Of a DNA stretch of 64,000 bases, positions 38,901-51,970 are shown piece by piece. The DNA is from Azolla caroliniana. Lineage: Eukaryota > Plantae > Polypodiophyta. The notes beneath the pieces were generated by a model. That model worked only from the letters and a program-made list of their open reading frames with translations. It did no database searches and was not told the origin of the DNA. Both the position numbers and the translations under genes were made by a program. The DNA is taken from positions 11,842,001-11,906,000 of the forward strand of contig JBHGNT010000006.1 of the NCBI GenBank assembly GCA_043228905.1, in the 5' to 3' direction. The first letter of the stretch is position 1. Every line of letters starts with the position of its first letter.

Positions 38901-41900
38901 TCTAGACGACATCCCGATCAAGGGATGCCTGGTAGAAGAGAAGGACGAGACGATCGGGCCGGACGGATGCCGGCGATTCGTGGTGACGCACATCGACGAC
39001 TGCGAGAAGGTGCTGCAAAGGCTAGAGGATGCGAGGCTCACCTTCTTGGGGGAGAAGTCAGCCTTCGGGCAGTCGGAAATCATGGTGGTCGGACATTTAT
39101 GTGGACCATATGGCCGGAAACCGTCTCCGGCAAAGGTAGAAGCCATCTCCGCGATGAAGCCTGATTGCAGCTCGGTCACGGAAGTACGAAGATTCTTGGG
39201 AGCATGCGCCTTCTACCACATATGGATCCCGCATTACGCGCACGTCGCGGAGCCGCTGTACGGATTATTGAAGAAAGGGCGAAGATTCGAATGGCTAGAC
39301 AAGCACACGGAGTCGGTCCGGAAGCTGAAGGAGGCTCTTTCGGCAGCACCGGCGCTTCGAAAGGCCGTCTACAGGAAGGGCACCCCAGTGTACATAACGG
39401 TTGACACGAGTCCGACCGGAATCGGGTGGGTCGTCAACCAAGAAGACGAGGACGGCAATCGGTTTCCGATCCGATTCGGCGCGAAGGTCCTCAGTGAGCG
39501 GCAGCGAGGATACGCCCAGGTTAAACGCGAACTCTGGGGTATCGTTTCGGCGGTGAAGGCCGACAAGGACTATCTGATCGGGACAGAGGTAATCATAGAG
39601 ACGGATTGCATGCCGATTCTCGGCATGGTTTCCGGATGCGCGACGCCAGACCTGGCAATGCTCAGGTGGATAGCGTAAATCAAGTCCCTGGACCCGGAAA
39701 TACGACACATTTCCGGGAAAGACAACGCCATGGCCGACATGCTTTCAAGGGCGAGATTCGATGACGAGGGCGGCATGGTTTCGGAGGACGAAGAGGTCCG
39801 CGTGGACTTCTTCGAGGCAGCATACGTAACAACCGGCGGGACGAGCACTCCGGCGCTTAACGACTTCGATGCGAGCAAGTACGACGGGGAGTGGCTGCAG
39901 ATCGGCGGGTTCTTGAGGACAATGGCGCCGGATGCGTCATGGAAGAAAGACGAGGCCAACCGGATCCGGAAGAAAGCGTACCGGTTCTTTCTCCGGGATG
40001 GCTATCTATGGAAGCACCCGAAGAAGAGGGACGGCGCTCCGCTCCGGGTGGTGGCGATGAAGGAGGAACAGGAGGAGCTGCTGACGGCCTACCACGACAG
40101 CCCTTGGGCCGGACACCGTGGAACTTGGGCCACGTTCGAGAAGATAAAGGAGAAGTACTGGTGGCCGGGACTGTACCGGGATGTGCATCGATTAGTGACA
40201 ACTTGCGAGAGCTGTCAGATGCACTCCGTGGTCCGACACCGGGACGAGCTTCACCCTACGTACCCTCCGACCATCCACTTCAAATGGATGGTAGATCTGG
40301 TGACGATGCCAATGGGGGTAGGACAGATGCGGTACCTGGTCCTGGCGCGGGAGGATCTGACGAACCAGGTGGAAGGCCGGGCCCTTCCGAACAAAACGAC
40401 CGCGGCCGTATGTCGGTTCCTAATCGAGGACGTGATATGCCGGTACGGGTGCGTCGGGAAGATCGTGGCTGACCGAGGGGAGTTGGACGCCGAAGAAGCC
40501 GCGGAGCTGTTCGACCGGCTGGGAGTCAAGCTCTCGCTCACCACTGCGTACAATCCGGAGGCGAATGGAAAGGTGGAGCGCGGACACGGACCGATCGTCA
40601 AGGCGCTGGTTCGAGCATGCGGGGGCCAAGTCGGTAACTGGCCGCGGCTGCTACCTTATGCTTTATGGGCAGACCGGACCACGCACAGTTCGGTAACCGG
40701 GTACATGCCGACGGAGGTCATGTTCGGCCAGAAGCCGATCATGCCGATGGAACGGACGATCTCCTCGTGGGCAACGGTCGACTGGAGGGACGAGATGAGC
40801 CGGGAGGAGTTGTTGGCCGCGCGTATGCGACAGCTCGAGCGGAGACCGGAGGACGTGGAACTGGCTGCGGAGAAGCTCCGGGTGACAAGGACAAAGAACA
40901 AAGCCAGGTTCGACCGAACGCACCGGCTCCGACCGAAGAAAATCGAAGAAGGTGACTGGGTGCTCGTCTACGACAGCAGCCTCGACAACCAGCACCGAGC
41001 TACACGGAAGTTCGCACGAAGGTGGTTCGGGCCTTACGTGGTACGGAGCGCCAATGACAACAGGACATATCACCTGGCAGAACTAGACGGCACGAGAATG
41101 GCGATACCGGTTGCAGGGAAGCGGATCAAAGCGTTCAAGAAGCGACACGACGACGAGCCGGACCCGGCTCTCCTAGTCAGCAGTGACGAACGATCCGAAA
41201 ACGAGGAAGAACCGACGGGCGAGGAATGAAGACGGGCCGGTTTTCTCCGTCCCAACTCTCTTGGCGCATACCGGAGGATGCGCGGTTAGGTGGGGGCGGA
41301 TGTCGTGAAGAAAACCGTCCCTAGGCGGAATCGGCGCACCAAGGCGTGGGAACCGGTTCTTCGCGCGCGCACGCTCCAAGTTGTACATAGAAGCGAGTTA
41401 GGAGGATAATCGGCAGGAACGGGCCCTAACACGAGTGGAGACAAAGACCGCGCGAACAGTCTTTTCGGTGGCGCGCGCGAGCTAAGGAACTGTACGAGTC
41501 GGCGGCGTAACTACGCGGATGCGCGAAGAACGGAGCGGATTCCTGTTCAAAAGGGACAGGGAATAAAGCTGACAGGACGGCCTGCTCGTCGGCCTATATA
41601 AGGAGCAGGAAAGAGCTGTTGCAGGGATCTCGCGCAGAGAGGACGAAGTGCTGTCGGACCGTTTCTGGACGCTTCTCTCTCTGTTTCCTTCCTTCTTGAG
41701 CTCCATAGCTTTTCTGTGCAGGGTTCCGGGGAGGCTCGCGCTGTTTCGAGGAACGCCCGAGTGCTTCCGGCAGCACCTCCGACCTGCTACCCCTTTGTGC
41801 GTCGAAGCGAACAAGCATCGGCATCTGTTCGCCGGCCTGTTCGGTTGTAGCCAACCTGTGCCCATCGAGGGTTGTAGTCGTGTTAGCCATTTTGTTAATA

Positions 41901-42091
41901 TACATATTTAGTCATTCGCATCTGTCTGTGTCGGTGTCTGTTCGCGTTCTCCGTGCTGAAGGGCCGTGTCCCTGTGTATCCCCGGTCCTGCGTAGCCGGT
42001 TCTCTCTCTTTCTCCTCCCTCGCTTGCTCTTTGGTTCGAGACCCCCACGGTCCCGCCTCGTTTCCACACGCACTTGCGTAATATCTCGACA
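35965..42091 (+). mobile_element. Ty3/gypsy element H (tRNA-Trp-primed family): young, protease region deleted, TSD GCGC
   Basis: 791-bp LTRs 35965-36755 and 41301-42091 (about 8 differences by eye); PBS TGGTGAACCCGACGTGAA 36760-36777; gag from about 36800, RT-RH 38164-39678, IN 39730-41229; GCGC at 35961-35964 and 42092-42095. Confidence 0.95.
36760..36777 (+). promoter_or_regulatory. Primer-binding site complementary to the 3' end of plant cytosolic tRNA-Trp
   Basis: TGGTGAACCCGACGTGAA is the reverse complement of ...UUCACGUCGGGUUCACCA (plant tRNA-Trp 3' end, from recall); near-identical sites at 16130 and, on the minus strand, about 49893-49910. Confidence 0.8.
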
Positions 42092-45000
42092 GCGCGTAAA
42101 AGCGTCGCAACTTGAAGAGGTGAACCTAGGGACCACGGACGAAGCAAAACCGGTGCACATCGCCAAGGAGATGAAGTCCGAAGACAAAACGGCGATGATC
42201 ACACTTCTCACAGAATTTCACGACGTGTTCGCCTGGTCATATGAAGACATGCGAGGACTCGACCCTCAGTTATACCAGCATCAGGTTCACTTGAGCAAGG
42301 ACGCAAAACCTGTGGCACAAAGACGGTACCGGATGAATCCCAATTATGCCACCAAAGTCAAGGAGGAAATCGACAAACTGCTAAGAGTTGGCTTTATCTG
42401 TCCGGTAAAGAAAGCGACATGGCTGAGCCCGATTGTAGTCGTACCGAAGAAGAACGGAAAAATTCGAGTTTGTGTGGACTACCGGAAACTCAATGCGGCT
42501 ACCGTAACGGATGCGTTTCCACTTCCGTTCACAGATGGAGTGTTGGATGCCGTCGCCGGCCATGAGGTCTATAGCTTTCTAGACGGATTCAGCAGGTATA
42601 ATCAGATCCGGATGCACCCCGACGACCAAGAGAAAACTGCTTTCGTCACCGAATGGGGGGTGTTTGTGGCCGTGGTGATGATGTTCGGACTCAAAACGGC
42701 ACCGGCAACATTTCAACGAATCATCATGGAAATCTTTGGTGAATATATCCCGGCTTTTATGCAGGTTTTCCTTGACGATTTCGCCGTCTATAGCCTGGAG
42801 GAGGACCATTTTCAGCACCTCCGTCTTTGTCTAGAAAAGTGTAGAGCGTACCGGCTAACCTTGAATCCGGCAAAGTGTGTATTTGGCGTGTCTAGTGGAA
42901 CCTTATTAGGACATATTGTGAGCCAGGAAGGTATTGCAATCAACCCGGACAAAGTGAAAGCCATATTAGAAGCACCGGCGCCGACAACGGCAAAGGTATT
43001 GAGTCGGTTCTTAGGCCAGATCCGGTGGCACAGCCGGATGCTCCGATACTTGGCCGACCTGGCTACACCATTGCATGCCGCCGTACATCGGACACCATTC
43101 CAGTGGACCGACACTGAGGTTAGGGCATATAGGGCCCTCAAGGTACTATTGTCGCAAGCATCGGTAGTGCAGCCTCCGGATTGGAGTAAAGAATTTCATG
43201 TATTCGTGGACGCCTCCGACATCGCAATCGGAAGCGTATTGATGCAGCTTACGGAGCCAAAGTGATACCGGCCAGTGTACTATGCCAGCCGAAAGCAATC
43301 CCAAGCGGAACTACTCTACTCTACCACGGAACGGGAAGCTCTAGGGATGATCTACAGTGTGACAAAGTTTCGGCATTATTTATTGGGAAGGAAGTTTTCC
43401 TTCCATGTAGATCATTCGGCACTCCTTTACTTGGTGTCCAAGGCGTCACTCACCGGTAAGTTGGCCCGGTGGACCTTACTATTACAGGAGTTCGAGTTCG
43501 AAATATTCCACCGACCCGGGATACAGCATGCCGTAGCAGATTACTTAAGCCGATTAGAGTCCGGAGAGACAGGTGACGGAGTAGCGGACGAGTTTCCGGA
43601 TGCGGAGCTGTTTCGAGTCACTACGGAAACGGCAACAGATGAGACGGTGGCACAGGAAGACAAGTGGCTCACAAATATGCACCAGTTTCTAAGCACAGGA
43701 CTGCCTCCGGAAGAGATGAACCAAGACGAAAGGAAACGCCTGGCGATGCAAAGCCGACATTTCTGCTTACTGCAAGACACACTTTACCACAAGGGCGCGG
43801 ACGGCATATGGAGACGGGTTGTGCGCAACGATGAAAAGGACCTCATACTGAAGGAAGCCCACTGCGGAGTTGCCGGAGGTCACTATGCCAGAGATGCGAC
43901 GGCCAGGAAAATATGGCAAAGTGGCCTATGGTGGCCAACGACATTAAGAGATGCGGTACGGTACGCAAAAGAATGTGACCTATGCCAGCGAATGGGCCAG
44001 CCAACGGAGCAGGCTCGTATGCCACACCAGCCTGTACTACCACTCGAGCCATTCGAGAAGTGGGGCCTGGACTTTGTTGGACCGTTCAAACCACCGGCAA
44101 TGAGAACAGGTAATCGGTACGTCATCGTCGCGACGGATTACTGCACGAAATGGGTGGAGGCCAAAGCCTTAAGAGATAACACCGTTGCGTCAACGGCAAA
44201 ATTTCTATACGAGTACATCTGGTGCCGTTACGGATGCCCAATCGAATTAATAAGCAACCAAGGGGGGCACTTTCTCGGCCAAGTAGTTGAAAGCCTAACG
44301 ACATTCTATGCCGTTGTCCATAAACGGAGCACGCCATACTATCCGCAAGCAAACGGGTTAGTTGAATCGACGAACAAAACGCTCCAGAATATCCTCCGGA
44401 AGATCGTCAACGAAAACCGAACGGATTGGGATACCAAGCTACATAGCGCACTTTGGGCATACCGGACGGCATATAAAACGAGCATCCGAACAACACCGTT
44501 CCAGTTAGCGTTCGGACTAGAGGCGGTAATGCCGGTGGAATTCCAAGTACCCAGCTTACGGATCCAGCTACGGGAACGGCTGAACGAGAAGGAGTCGAAG
44601 GCAATACGGTTAACAATGTTGTGTGAACTCGAGGAACAACGACTGGCAAGCATCCTGCACTTAGAATTGGAACAACGGCGACGGAAAGCATTTGTCGACC
44701 GGCACAGGAAAGGAAATGAAAAAATGTTCGCAATCGGCAGGCCCGTGTTAGTATTTCAGACCCGGATGGGCAAGATGCCGAGAAAACTACGGTTTAGATG
44801 GACCGGCCCGTATTGGCTGACATGTGAGTATAATGGGTCCTACCAGTTAGGGACACTTGCCGACGAAGTGCTAGGCAAATGGGTCAACGGATTCCGATTG
44901 AAGCCATATAGAGGATCGATGCCTAAGAACCCATTTGAGCAAAGGACCAACACTTGTGAGGGGAACGACAACCACCAAGACGGAGGAGACGGCAAGCCGG

Positions 45001-45451
45001 TAACAGGGGAGAATGAGGTGACGGCAAACCGTAATGAGGCCGGTAAGGGTCCGATAGGACCAACGGACAACTAACCTCACACCACATTAAAATTTATCAA
45101 AAAAAAAAACAAAAAAAGCGAAGTAATCATGCAAAAGCGAGGTATGAATGGACGAAAGAGCGAGGAGCGAAAAGGTACGTAGTGGGCATTTAAGCGCCAC
45201 CACAGGACATAATGCTATTTTAGTACACGACGTGCACACACTCGAAAAAGGCGCCAGAATGCACAGAGAAAAACCACTGCGCGTGGAGACCCTCTACTTT
45301 CGCGAACCCAGGAGCACAGAAGCACCAAGGCGCTGCAAGATCATCAGACGAGAACCTACGCACAGAGAACCCCCGCCTTCTGAACTCTCTCTCTCACTCT
45401 CACTCTCATCACCAGCCAACCTCGCCACCATAATCTGACCTCGACACAGAC

Positions 45452-48252
45452 ATGGACCTGCAAACGTTGTCGGAAGCCGCTAAGAAATGGCTAAAGCAAC
45501 ACGGGCTCGAGGTTTTCTTGACGATTATGGAGGTACCGCCACACAAAGAAGCCGACAAGGTGATCAAAGAAATCGACACAGAGGTCATAACGGATGAGGC
45601 GATCCGTGCGTTAACAGGCCTTCCGGAGGGAGGCATATTCACGATTGACAATCCAACCTCGGAGCAACTCATCAAGTATTTTGGTGAGTACTCCCTAGCC
45701 AGCAAGGGCTACCGAACACAGGGCGGCGGAGATATGTTGTTCCGCGAGATTGCTCGTGTGCTCCACGAATACGGCCATGTGTACCCTAGACCCTTTGTCA
45801 TGCCGCAGAACTGGGCAGGGATGATCATTGCCACCTATGAAGGGATCAAGGTGGATTGGCCGGTATTGATCGCAGACGGTTTGTGTGCGGCGAACGAGAT
45901 CGTCAGAGGCAAAGACGGCAAAGAAGGCCGAGACGGATGGAGGATATGGCATGCCGTAACGCAGTGGCTCACCTTGCTTGTGCCACCCGTCCAGCCCGTC
46001 CAACCCAAGAAGCGGGGAAGAGTGGCGGACGGCACCCCAAAGACCACTTCCAAAAGACAACAGTTGTTGGCCTCTAAGGCCACTAAGGGGAAGGCGGTGG
46101 AGGCACAACAGGCGGGAAAGGAGAGCGCCAGCCGGAAGCAGCCAACGGATGCGTAGGAGGAACCACCGGTACGGCCCGTAAAGGTTACACTCCGCCGACC
46201 GGTGAATAGAGAAGCGAACCCCTTGGCGGCAAAACTCAATGCCGGGACTCAGGAAGAGGAAATAGAGGAGGAGCCTACGGAGCACCTCCAGCGACGGTCG
46301 TCGGCAAGGACCGTTGAGGCAGCCGGGAAACGTTTGGACCCTCAGACGGAGGGAACACCGGCTCCCCATACTGAGACTCCCATGCCAAGGGAGGAACCGG
46401 AACCGGTGCGCACGACACCGGAATCAAAAGCCCCTACACCACCGGCACCACCGGCAAGTCCCATTCCGCCAGAGCCGGAAAGGTTAATACAGCTTCCCTC
46501 GGCCAACCAAGAAGAAGCGCAAGGGGAACCAGGATAGCAGGGTGGTCCACGGGCAGAAACGGAATTGCAACTCGGTGCAATCAGGCGGGACCACCCATCT
46601 ACAAGCGAGCCCATCTGTCAAACCTCCGTGCAAGCACAACAACAATGCACCGGTAGCCTATGGCTCCGGTGGATAGGTGAATAGATTGCCGGAGCAGTGG
46701 GGTATATTGAGGCGGAAGAAAGAGCGCAAAGCGAACGGTTGCTTGTCACAACCGAACAACTAGAGACGGCCCGGTCTAGAATCCAGTGCCTTGAAAAAGA
46801 CTTGGATCAGGTCATGGGAGAGATGGCCAAAATGGCCTTAACGGCAACACAGATCCAATCACCGGTGACTCTGGTAACTGTACAGAATAAAGAAACAGAT
46901 CAACCTGTACATACCAATAAGACCCCAGCAACGGAAACCGTTCCAGAGAGAGATGCAGCGTAAGCCCAGGAGCTTGCGGAATTGAGAGATGAACTTGCCG
47001 CACAAGAAGCGCTAAGGAGCCGGGAACGGGAATTGAAGACAACGGCCAAAGCCAAATTAAAGACGACTGCTGAGAACCTCCGCCGGGCAGAGGAGAGCCT
47101 CCGGAAAGGCCATCAAGTGTACGATCGGCTACGGGAGGAAAAAGACAAAGTGCTGCAGGAAAAGGACAAGCTGCGGAAGACGGCGGAAACGGAAATTGAA
47201 CGGCTAAAGGAAGAGCTCTGCCAGCAGAAGGACCGCGAGGACCGGGCTCGTCGACAGATCAACGCACGGCTCAAGCAAAAGACAGATGATTTTGAGCACC
47301 TGCACCGGGACTTCAAACAGCTGGAAACGGAGCATAAGGAACGGATGGCCGAACTCCAGCAGGAAGTTGATCGGACCGCGACGGCGATCGCCGACGAACG
47401 TGTGGAAAATACAAGATGGTTGGACGAGGCGGAGAAGGTCTAGATGGAGCTCTAGAAGTAGCAGCAGGAAGAAAAGGAGAGAGCGTCAACAGTATTGCAA
47501 AAATTACAAAGCACATATCAAAGGCAATTGACGCATTACAAGGAGCAGGCGGAAGACAATGTCAAAATCATCAAGCAATTGAAGGAGGAACGACAAGCTG
47601 CGCAGATCAAATCGCAGTTGGGAACGGACCGGATTCAGTGCATCCTCCGGGCAAATGGCTAAATCAGACAAAACGCTTGATTGACGAAAGCTCCGTAAGA
47701 TGGTGGACAAAGTGGGCACAAAATGCGGCGGAACTCCAATTGCTACGGGTAGACGTGGCAAACCGGCGGAAGGAAGGAGATGATTGTTACACGTTGACTT
47801 CTGAGGACTTCACCGCCATACGGGACGAGCTAGCCGACTACTTCCAAGTCTTGGTGGATGAACAGTTGGCACAGGTCCGGAAACTCGTAGCTCAGCTAGA
47901 CGATGATAGGCTGGACGCTCAAATCCAGTTTGAAAGTTACGAGCGGTCTCGGGTTCGGGAAGAAAAAGCACGGGAAGCGGCAACGGTTAACCTTAGTGAT
48001 GAGGAACCGTCGCAAGCCGAGGGCCAGGCCGGAACCAGTCAACCGGAGACCACTACGACGGAGGGAGCAACGACGGAGACGCCGGTGTCAGAGCAACAAA
48101 CGGAGGAGCAGCCGCAACAACCACCAAAGGACCCGTTGCAGCAGCCATCAACAGAGCAGCGACAGCAACCACAACAACAACAACAACCAATTCTAGATGA
48201 ACCATTGGAGAATCTCGAACAAAGCATTCTGGATATTTTGGACGAAGAATAG
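45452..48252 (+). pseudogene. Extra 3' ORF of element G (about 930 codons: N-terminal globular domain, Pro/Glu-rich linker, long coiled coil, Gln/acidic tail)
   Basis: ORFs starting at 45452, 46202, 46697 and 46982 are in one frame separated by isolated stops; one frameshift near 47640 into ORF 47416-48252; lies between integrase and the 3' LTR. Confidence 0.75.
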
Positions 48253-48738
48253 CAAGGGTCGGATGTGGATTCGACATACAAGGTACTGTCCCACGGGCGT
48301 GCCATGTGTTACCGGCCGGCAAAGGAGTCCAGAGTGTGAAACGGGGAGTTATTTAATTGTTAGGAATGGTTCTAAGTAAGCTATGAGTGTGGACGGACGG
48401 ACCGAAATCAGAATGCCGTTCCGGATCCGGACCGATCCCGAACAGGTGCGGATGGCACCGTTTTGTACTACAGACCGGAAACCTATTTAAAGGCCCGGAT
48501 ACAATGTAATGAGCAGCGGTTAATTAATAAAGCTTAGTGTTTTTATCTCTCTGTGTTAATTGCCGTTCTGCATTCATTGTTATATCTTACGCGTGTGATT
48601 ATTAAGGACGATCTTACTAAGTAGCCTAATTAAGTCGAATTAATTGTTGATTCTAATCCTCTTGCCGTAACACCCCTTTGATGAAGTGTCTTCAGTAGAC
48701 ACCCCGTGTTAGGCCATTGTCCGGCCTAAGAGTTAACA

Positions 48739-49069
48739 GAGACATGTCGGATTGAAGAAGCACCCCATGCCGGAGTGAAGGGGGAGTTTGTTAGGAAACG
48801 GGTCCCTCCGGATGGGAAGTAAGCACAATGCAGATTGGAGTTCAGAGACCTAGCCTTGGATGAGAAGGAGTCAAAGCCGGATGGAGGAGTGTGAGCTGAA
48901 TCAAATAGATCCAAAGTAGAAGGGAAACCGAATCCAAAGACGCATCTGGATATGGCCATATTTGTAATTAGGTTTTATCGTGCCTATTTGGGCTAGATTT
49001 GTAAATAGTCTATAGGATGTATTAGTATAAATAGGGCAAATCATTAATGGAACAGTCATTTTATCTAGC

Positions 49070-49107
<38 letters not shown>

Positions 49108-49530
49108 GAACTCCTTTGTATCCATCAGCCAGATGAAGAAGAACTCAAGGTCATTGCCTTGCAACTTCTTGTTGGAAATAAAATTAGGCTTAGTGTATAG
49201 TCACCTTCGAGTATACTACGTATTGTACACTAGTAGAACTCCTTTAGTTTAAGTTCTATTTTTTACTTAATTTTATTTTAGTTATGATGATTAGATAAAT
49301 ACTCTTTTGTTGTAAACCAATTGTCTCATGGGCCAAATTTGGCCTTAGAGGACGTTAATATATCTTTCTTTCTTCTTCTTTCTCATATAGTGATTCTGTT
49401 CGGAGTTTGTGGACTCCCGTGGTTTTTCCCTATTAGGGTTTCCACATTAAAATACTTGTGTCTCTGTACTTTGGTTTTTCGTCTTCTATTAATTTCTGCC
49501 ATTTTTTATCTCTTCACCCGCGTACACACA
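48739..49530 (+). mobile_element. 3' end of a copia element: PPT plus LTR (48789 to about 49530)
   Basis: GAAGGGGGAG-TT-TGTTAGG; contains the GTGGTTTTTCCC...AGGGTTTCCAC motif of the other copia LTRs; right end approximate. Confidence 0.7.
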
Positions 49531-49539
49531 TGATAACTG

Positions 49540-50575
49540 GTTGTGGTCGATCGATCCGCATCAGTCAAGACCATACCGCTCGAGGAGCCTTCCCTCTGAG
49601 ATCTCCCAGTTGCGACAGACCGCTTACATCTTGAGCACCTCAGCGTGGATGCTCAAGGTTACGACCCTGGTTAAGTTGTTTAGTCGGCTTTCGTCTAAGA
49701 TGTCCCTCATGAGTATTTCAGCCTTATAGGCCCCCTATAGGCCTCCAAATAACTTGTAACATCTCGTCCGTTAAATCTGCTTGGCGTGTCGAGGCAAGCA
49801 GAGCTCTCTCGAGCATTTACCAGGTGGTCAATGGCCACTTCCATCACTTCCGCGAGCTCATTTCCTCTTATCATATCCTCCCTTATCACCCTTTCACGTC
49901 AGGTTCATCAAAGATGTCATGGATATCCATGGCTTGCGGGTTGGCTTGAGTGGGACCACCGGGGAGGATGGTGAAAGGCGTTTACCTTGAAGCTTTGATC
50001 CATCGGATGGATCAATTCATTTCTTCTAGCGTGGATGATTTCTTGCCGCCGTCCCGGAATCCGCTTGTCCAAACGAGTTGGTGGGTCAGGCTCTCGACTT
50101 GTCTGGGCCCTCTTCCGGTCTTGACTGGCTAAACTATTTGACCCGGGTTCGGTTGACACGATCGGCCGATTCAGTCTCCGCTAATTCGTTCAGTTTGGTG
50201 GACTCCATCAGCTGAATTAGGATAACCCCAGCAGACAGAAAAAACCTTCGACCTCAAAATCCCCAAAAATAGCGAGCCCCCACAAAAGTCATCGGCCCTC
50301 CCTTTTTATAGCTTAGAAGGGGGTGGGGTCATCATTACAATGCAACCGTTACAACATTCTTTCTTGATTTCCTCACCCACTTATCACTCCCCTCTTCCTA
50401 CGTGCAGCTTAACGTACACATTATATTCTATCTTTCACGTCCTATTTGCACTTTATATTCCCTATTTTTCCTAAGGTGCATGCACACACATCCCTTTTGT
50501 TTGTGCACATGTGCACATTCCCAATTCTCCCGCTCTCGGTAGTTTTTCTCGCCATTGCCAGAAATCTTCACGACA
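49540..50575 (-). mobile_element. 5' fragment of another Trp-primed gypsy copy (LTR 49915-50575, PBS, start of gag)
   Basis: Minus strand begins TGTCGTGAAG; degenerate PBS TGATGAACCTGACGTGAA; peptide IRGNELAEVMEVAIDHLVNARE is homologous to gag MRGSDLAEAMASAVDRIVNARE. Confidence 0.85.
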
Positions 50576-51185
50576 ACGTTGTTGAGGTGTGAACATCATG
50601 TTGATATACTCTTGAAAGAGGAATTTTCATGTGCGTTTCGTTATTTCCATGGGTCGGGTTAGTTGTAACATTAGTACATGATGGTGTTTCTAGGATTGTT
50701 GGAGAAATACCAACACAATGTGACGTCAAATTGCTTGAATCTTGAGAGCCCATTATCACATACTCTCGTCAATCTTTATATAGGATATTGGGTGCTTGGG
50801 GATGATGCAATATATATATATTTGATAACATTGTCTTGATTTCCATCCCTTTCAAGGAATAGCTAGGAAATCAAGATGCTTTAAAGTTCTTTTTTGCAGA
50901 CAAAGGTTTATCCATAAACCTTGATAGAATGTTGATTCTTCAAGACCTCTATGGTACCATGGTACATGTATACGGAAGTGTACCAGAGGATCAATGACCA
51001 TTGCATTCAATTGTATATATAATACTGCATCCAAAGTGATTCCATGAATGTATTTGAGTATGGAGAACCATCCACAAATATCAACACAACATCTTTGAAT
51101 TCCAAAGTGAAATGATGCCCTTTCAAATTAGACGAATTTGACATACTATTTACTTACTACAACATAACTATATGAATAAACACAT

Positions 51186-51636
51186 TTGAGATGAGAATCA
51201 AAGCGATTATCAGCTGCCTACGAGGGCAACTGGAAGAGATTTGCAGCCACTCCAACAACGTGATCTCTGCCCGGTTGCGCTTTTGGCAGAAATGGAGGAA
51301 CACACCTATGGTGATGCAAGGCGGGAGTGGCCCGAGGTGGAATTACCAGCCCCCACGTTGGTTGTTTCCTACTCACCTGCCACACCCTCTCTTCGTTGTA
51401 GGCCCCAAGAGCCGACTCGTACTAGGCAACATTGAAGGGCACCGCCTTAGATATAGGTAGCTTCTTACATTAAGTTAGGCCGCAAGGCATTGTAACTAGG
51501 CTCATCTTCTTTTACTTGATCGGAGGAAGACTCCCCGATGTGTGTATAAGTCTCCTTGTAGACTCTCTATGTAATAATCCTTCCTAACTAATGGGAAAGT
51601 AGCTTCATTTTGGAAAAACAAAACATGTATTTCACA
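51186..51636. mobile_element. Probable solo LTR with TSD CACAT
   Basis: GC-richer island; CACAT at 51181-51185 and 51637-51641; ends TTGAGAT...ATTTCACA (imperfect TG..CA inverted repeat). Confidence 0.45.
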
Positions 51637-51696
51637 CACATGTAGTGGAGGATAGGGACGAAATTATGTACAACAAATTATCTCAGCACAAACAAA

Positions 51697-51970
51697 GCAC
51701 AAAAAGATGATGAGAATAGACAAGAATAAATCACAAGGAGGCATGTATATTGCACTATCTTGCAATATTACCTTGCATTTGTAATGTCATCTTGTTTTAA
51801 TATATGTATACACTACTTTTTTTAGGTTGAAAAATGGGAGGAAGTTATCAACACAAAAAAGGCACAATATGATGATGAGAATAGACAAGAATAAATTACA
51901 AAGAGGCATGTATATGTATTGCATTATCTTGCATTATTACCTTGCATTTATATTGTCATCTGCTTTTAAC
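51697..51970. repeat. Direct repeat of about 105 bp (two copies, near 51697 and 51862)
   Basis: gatgatgagaatagacaagaataaat...attaccttgcattt occurs twice. Confidence 0.7.

Larger units (their letters stand above)
33124..45074 (+). pseudogene. Gag-Pol of element G (in-frame stops; split by element H at MAISQR|VKASQLEEV)
   Basis: ORFs starting at 33040, 34306, 34954 and 35560 share one frame; RT, RH and IN resume at 42092-45074. Confidence 0.85.
32641..48738 (+). mobile_element. Athila-like non-chromovirus Ty3/gypsy element G with an extra 3' ORF; hosts element H
   Basis: LTRs 32641-33073 and 48307-48738 (about 11 substitutions and 1 indel by eye); PBS TGGCGACCAC at 33081 (tRNA-Arg-like); gag, PR IDGGSGVNVI, RT FLDDF, RH VDASDIAIG, IN; no second archaeal-type RNase H seen; flanks do not form a TSD. 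Confidence 0.9.

Noticed and set aside
41880-42091. Hydrophobic N-terminus of ORF 41880-43265 as a signal peptide fused to RT
   Set aside because: This part is the 3' LTR of element H read through by chance into the interrupted RT of G
45452-48252. True retroviral envelope gene
   Set aside because: No signal peptide or transmembrane anchor is evident; reported as an accessory ORF instead
50580-51150. Possible decayed coding or transposase fragment on the minus strand
   Set aside because: No motif I can identify with confidence; needs a translated search
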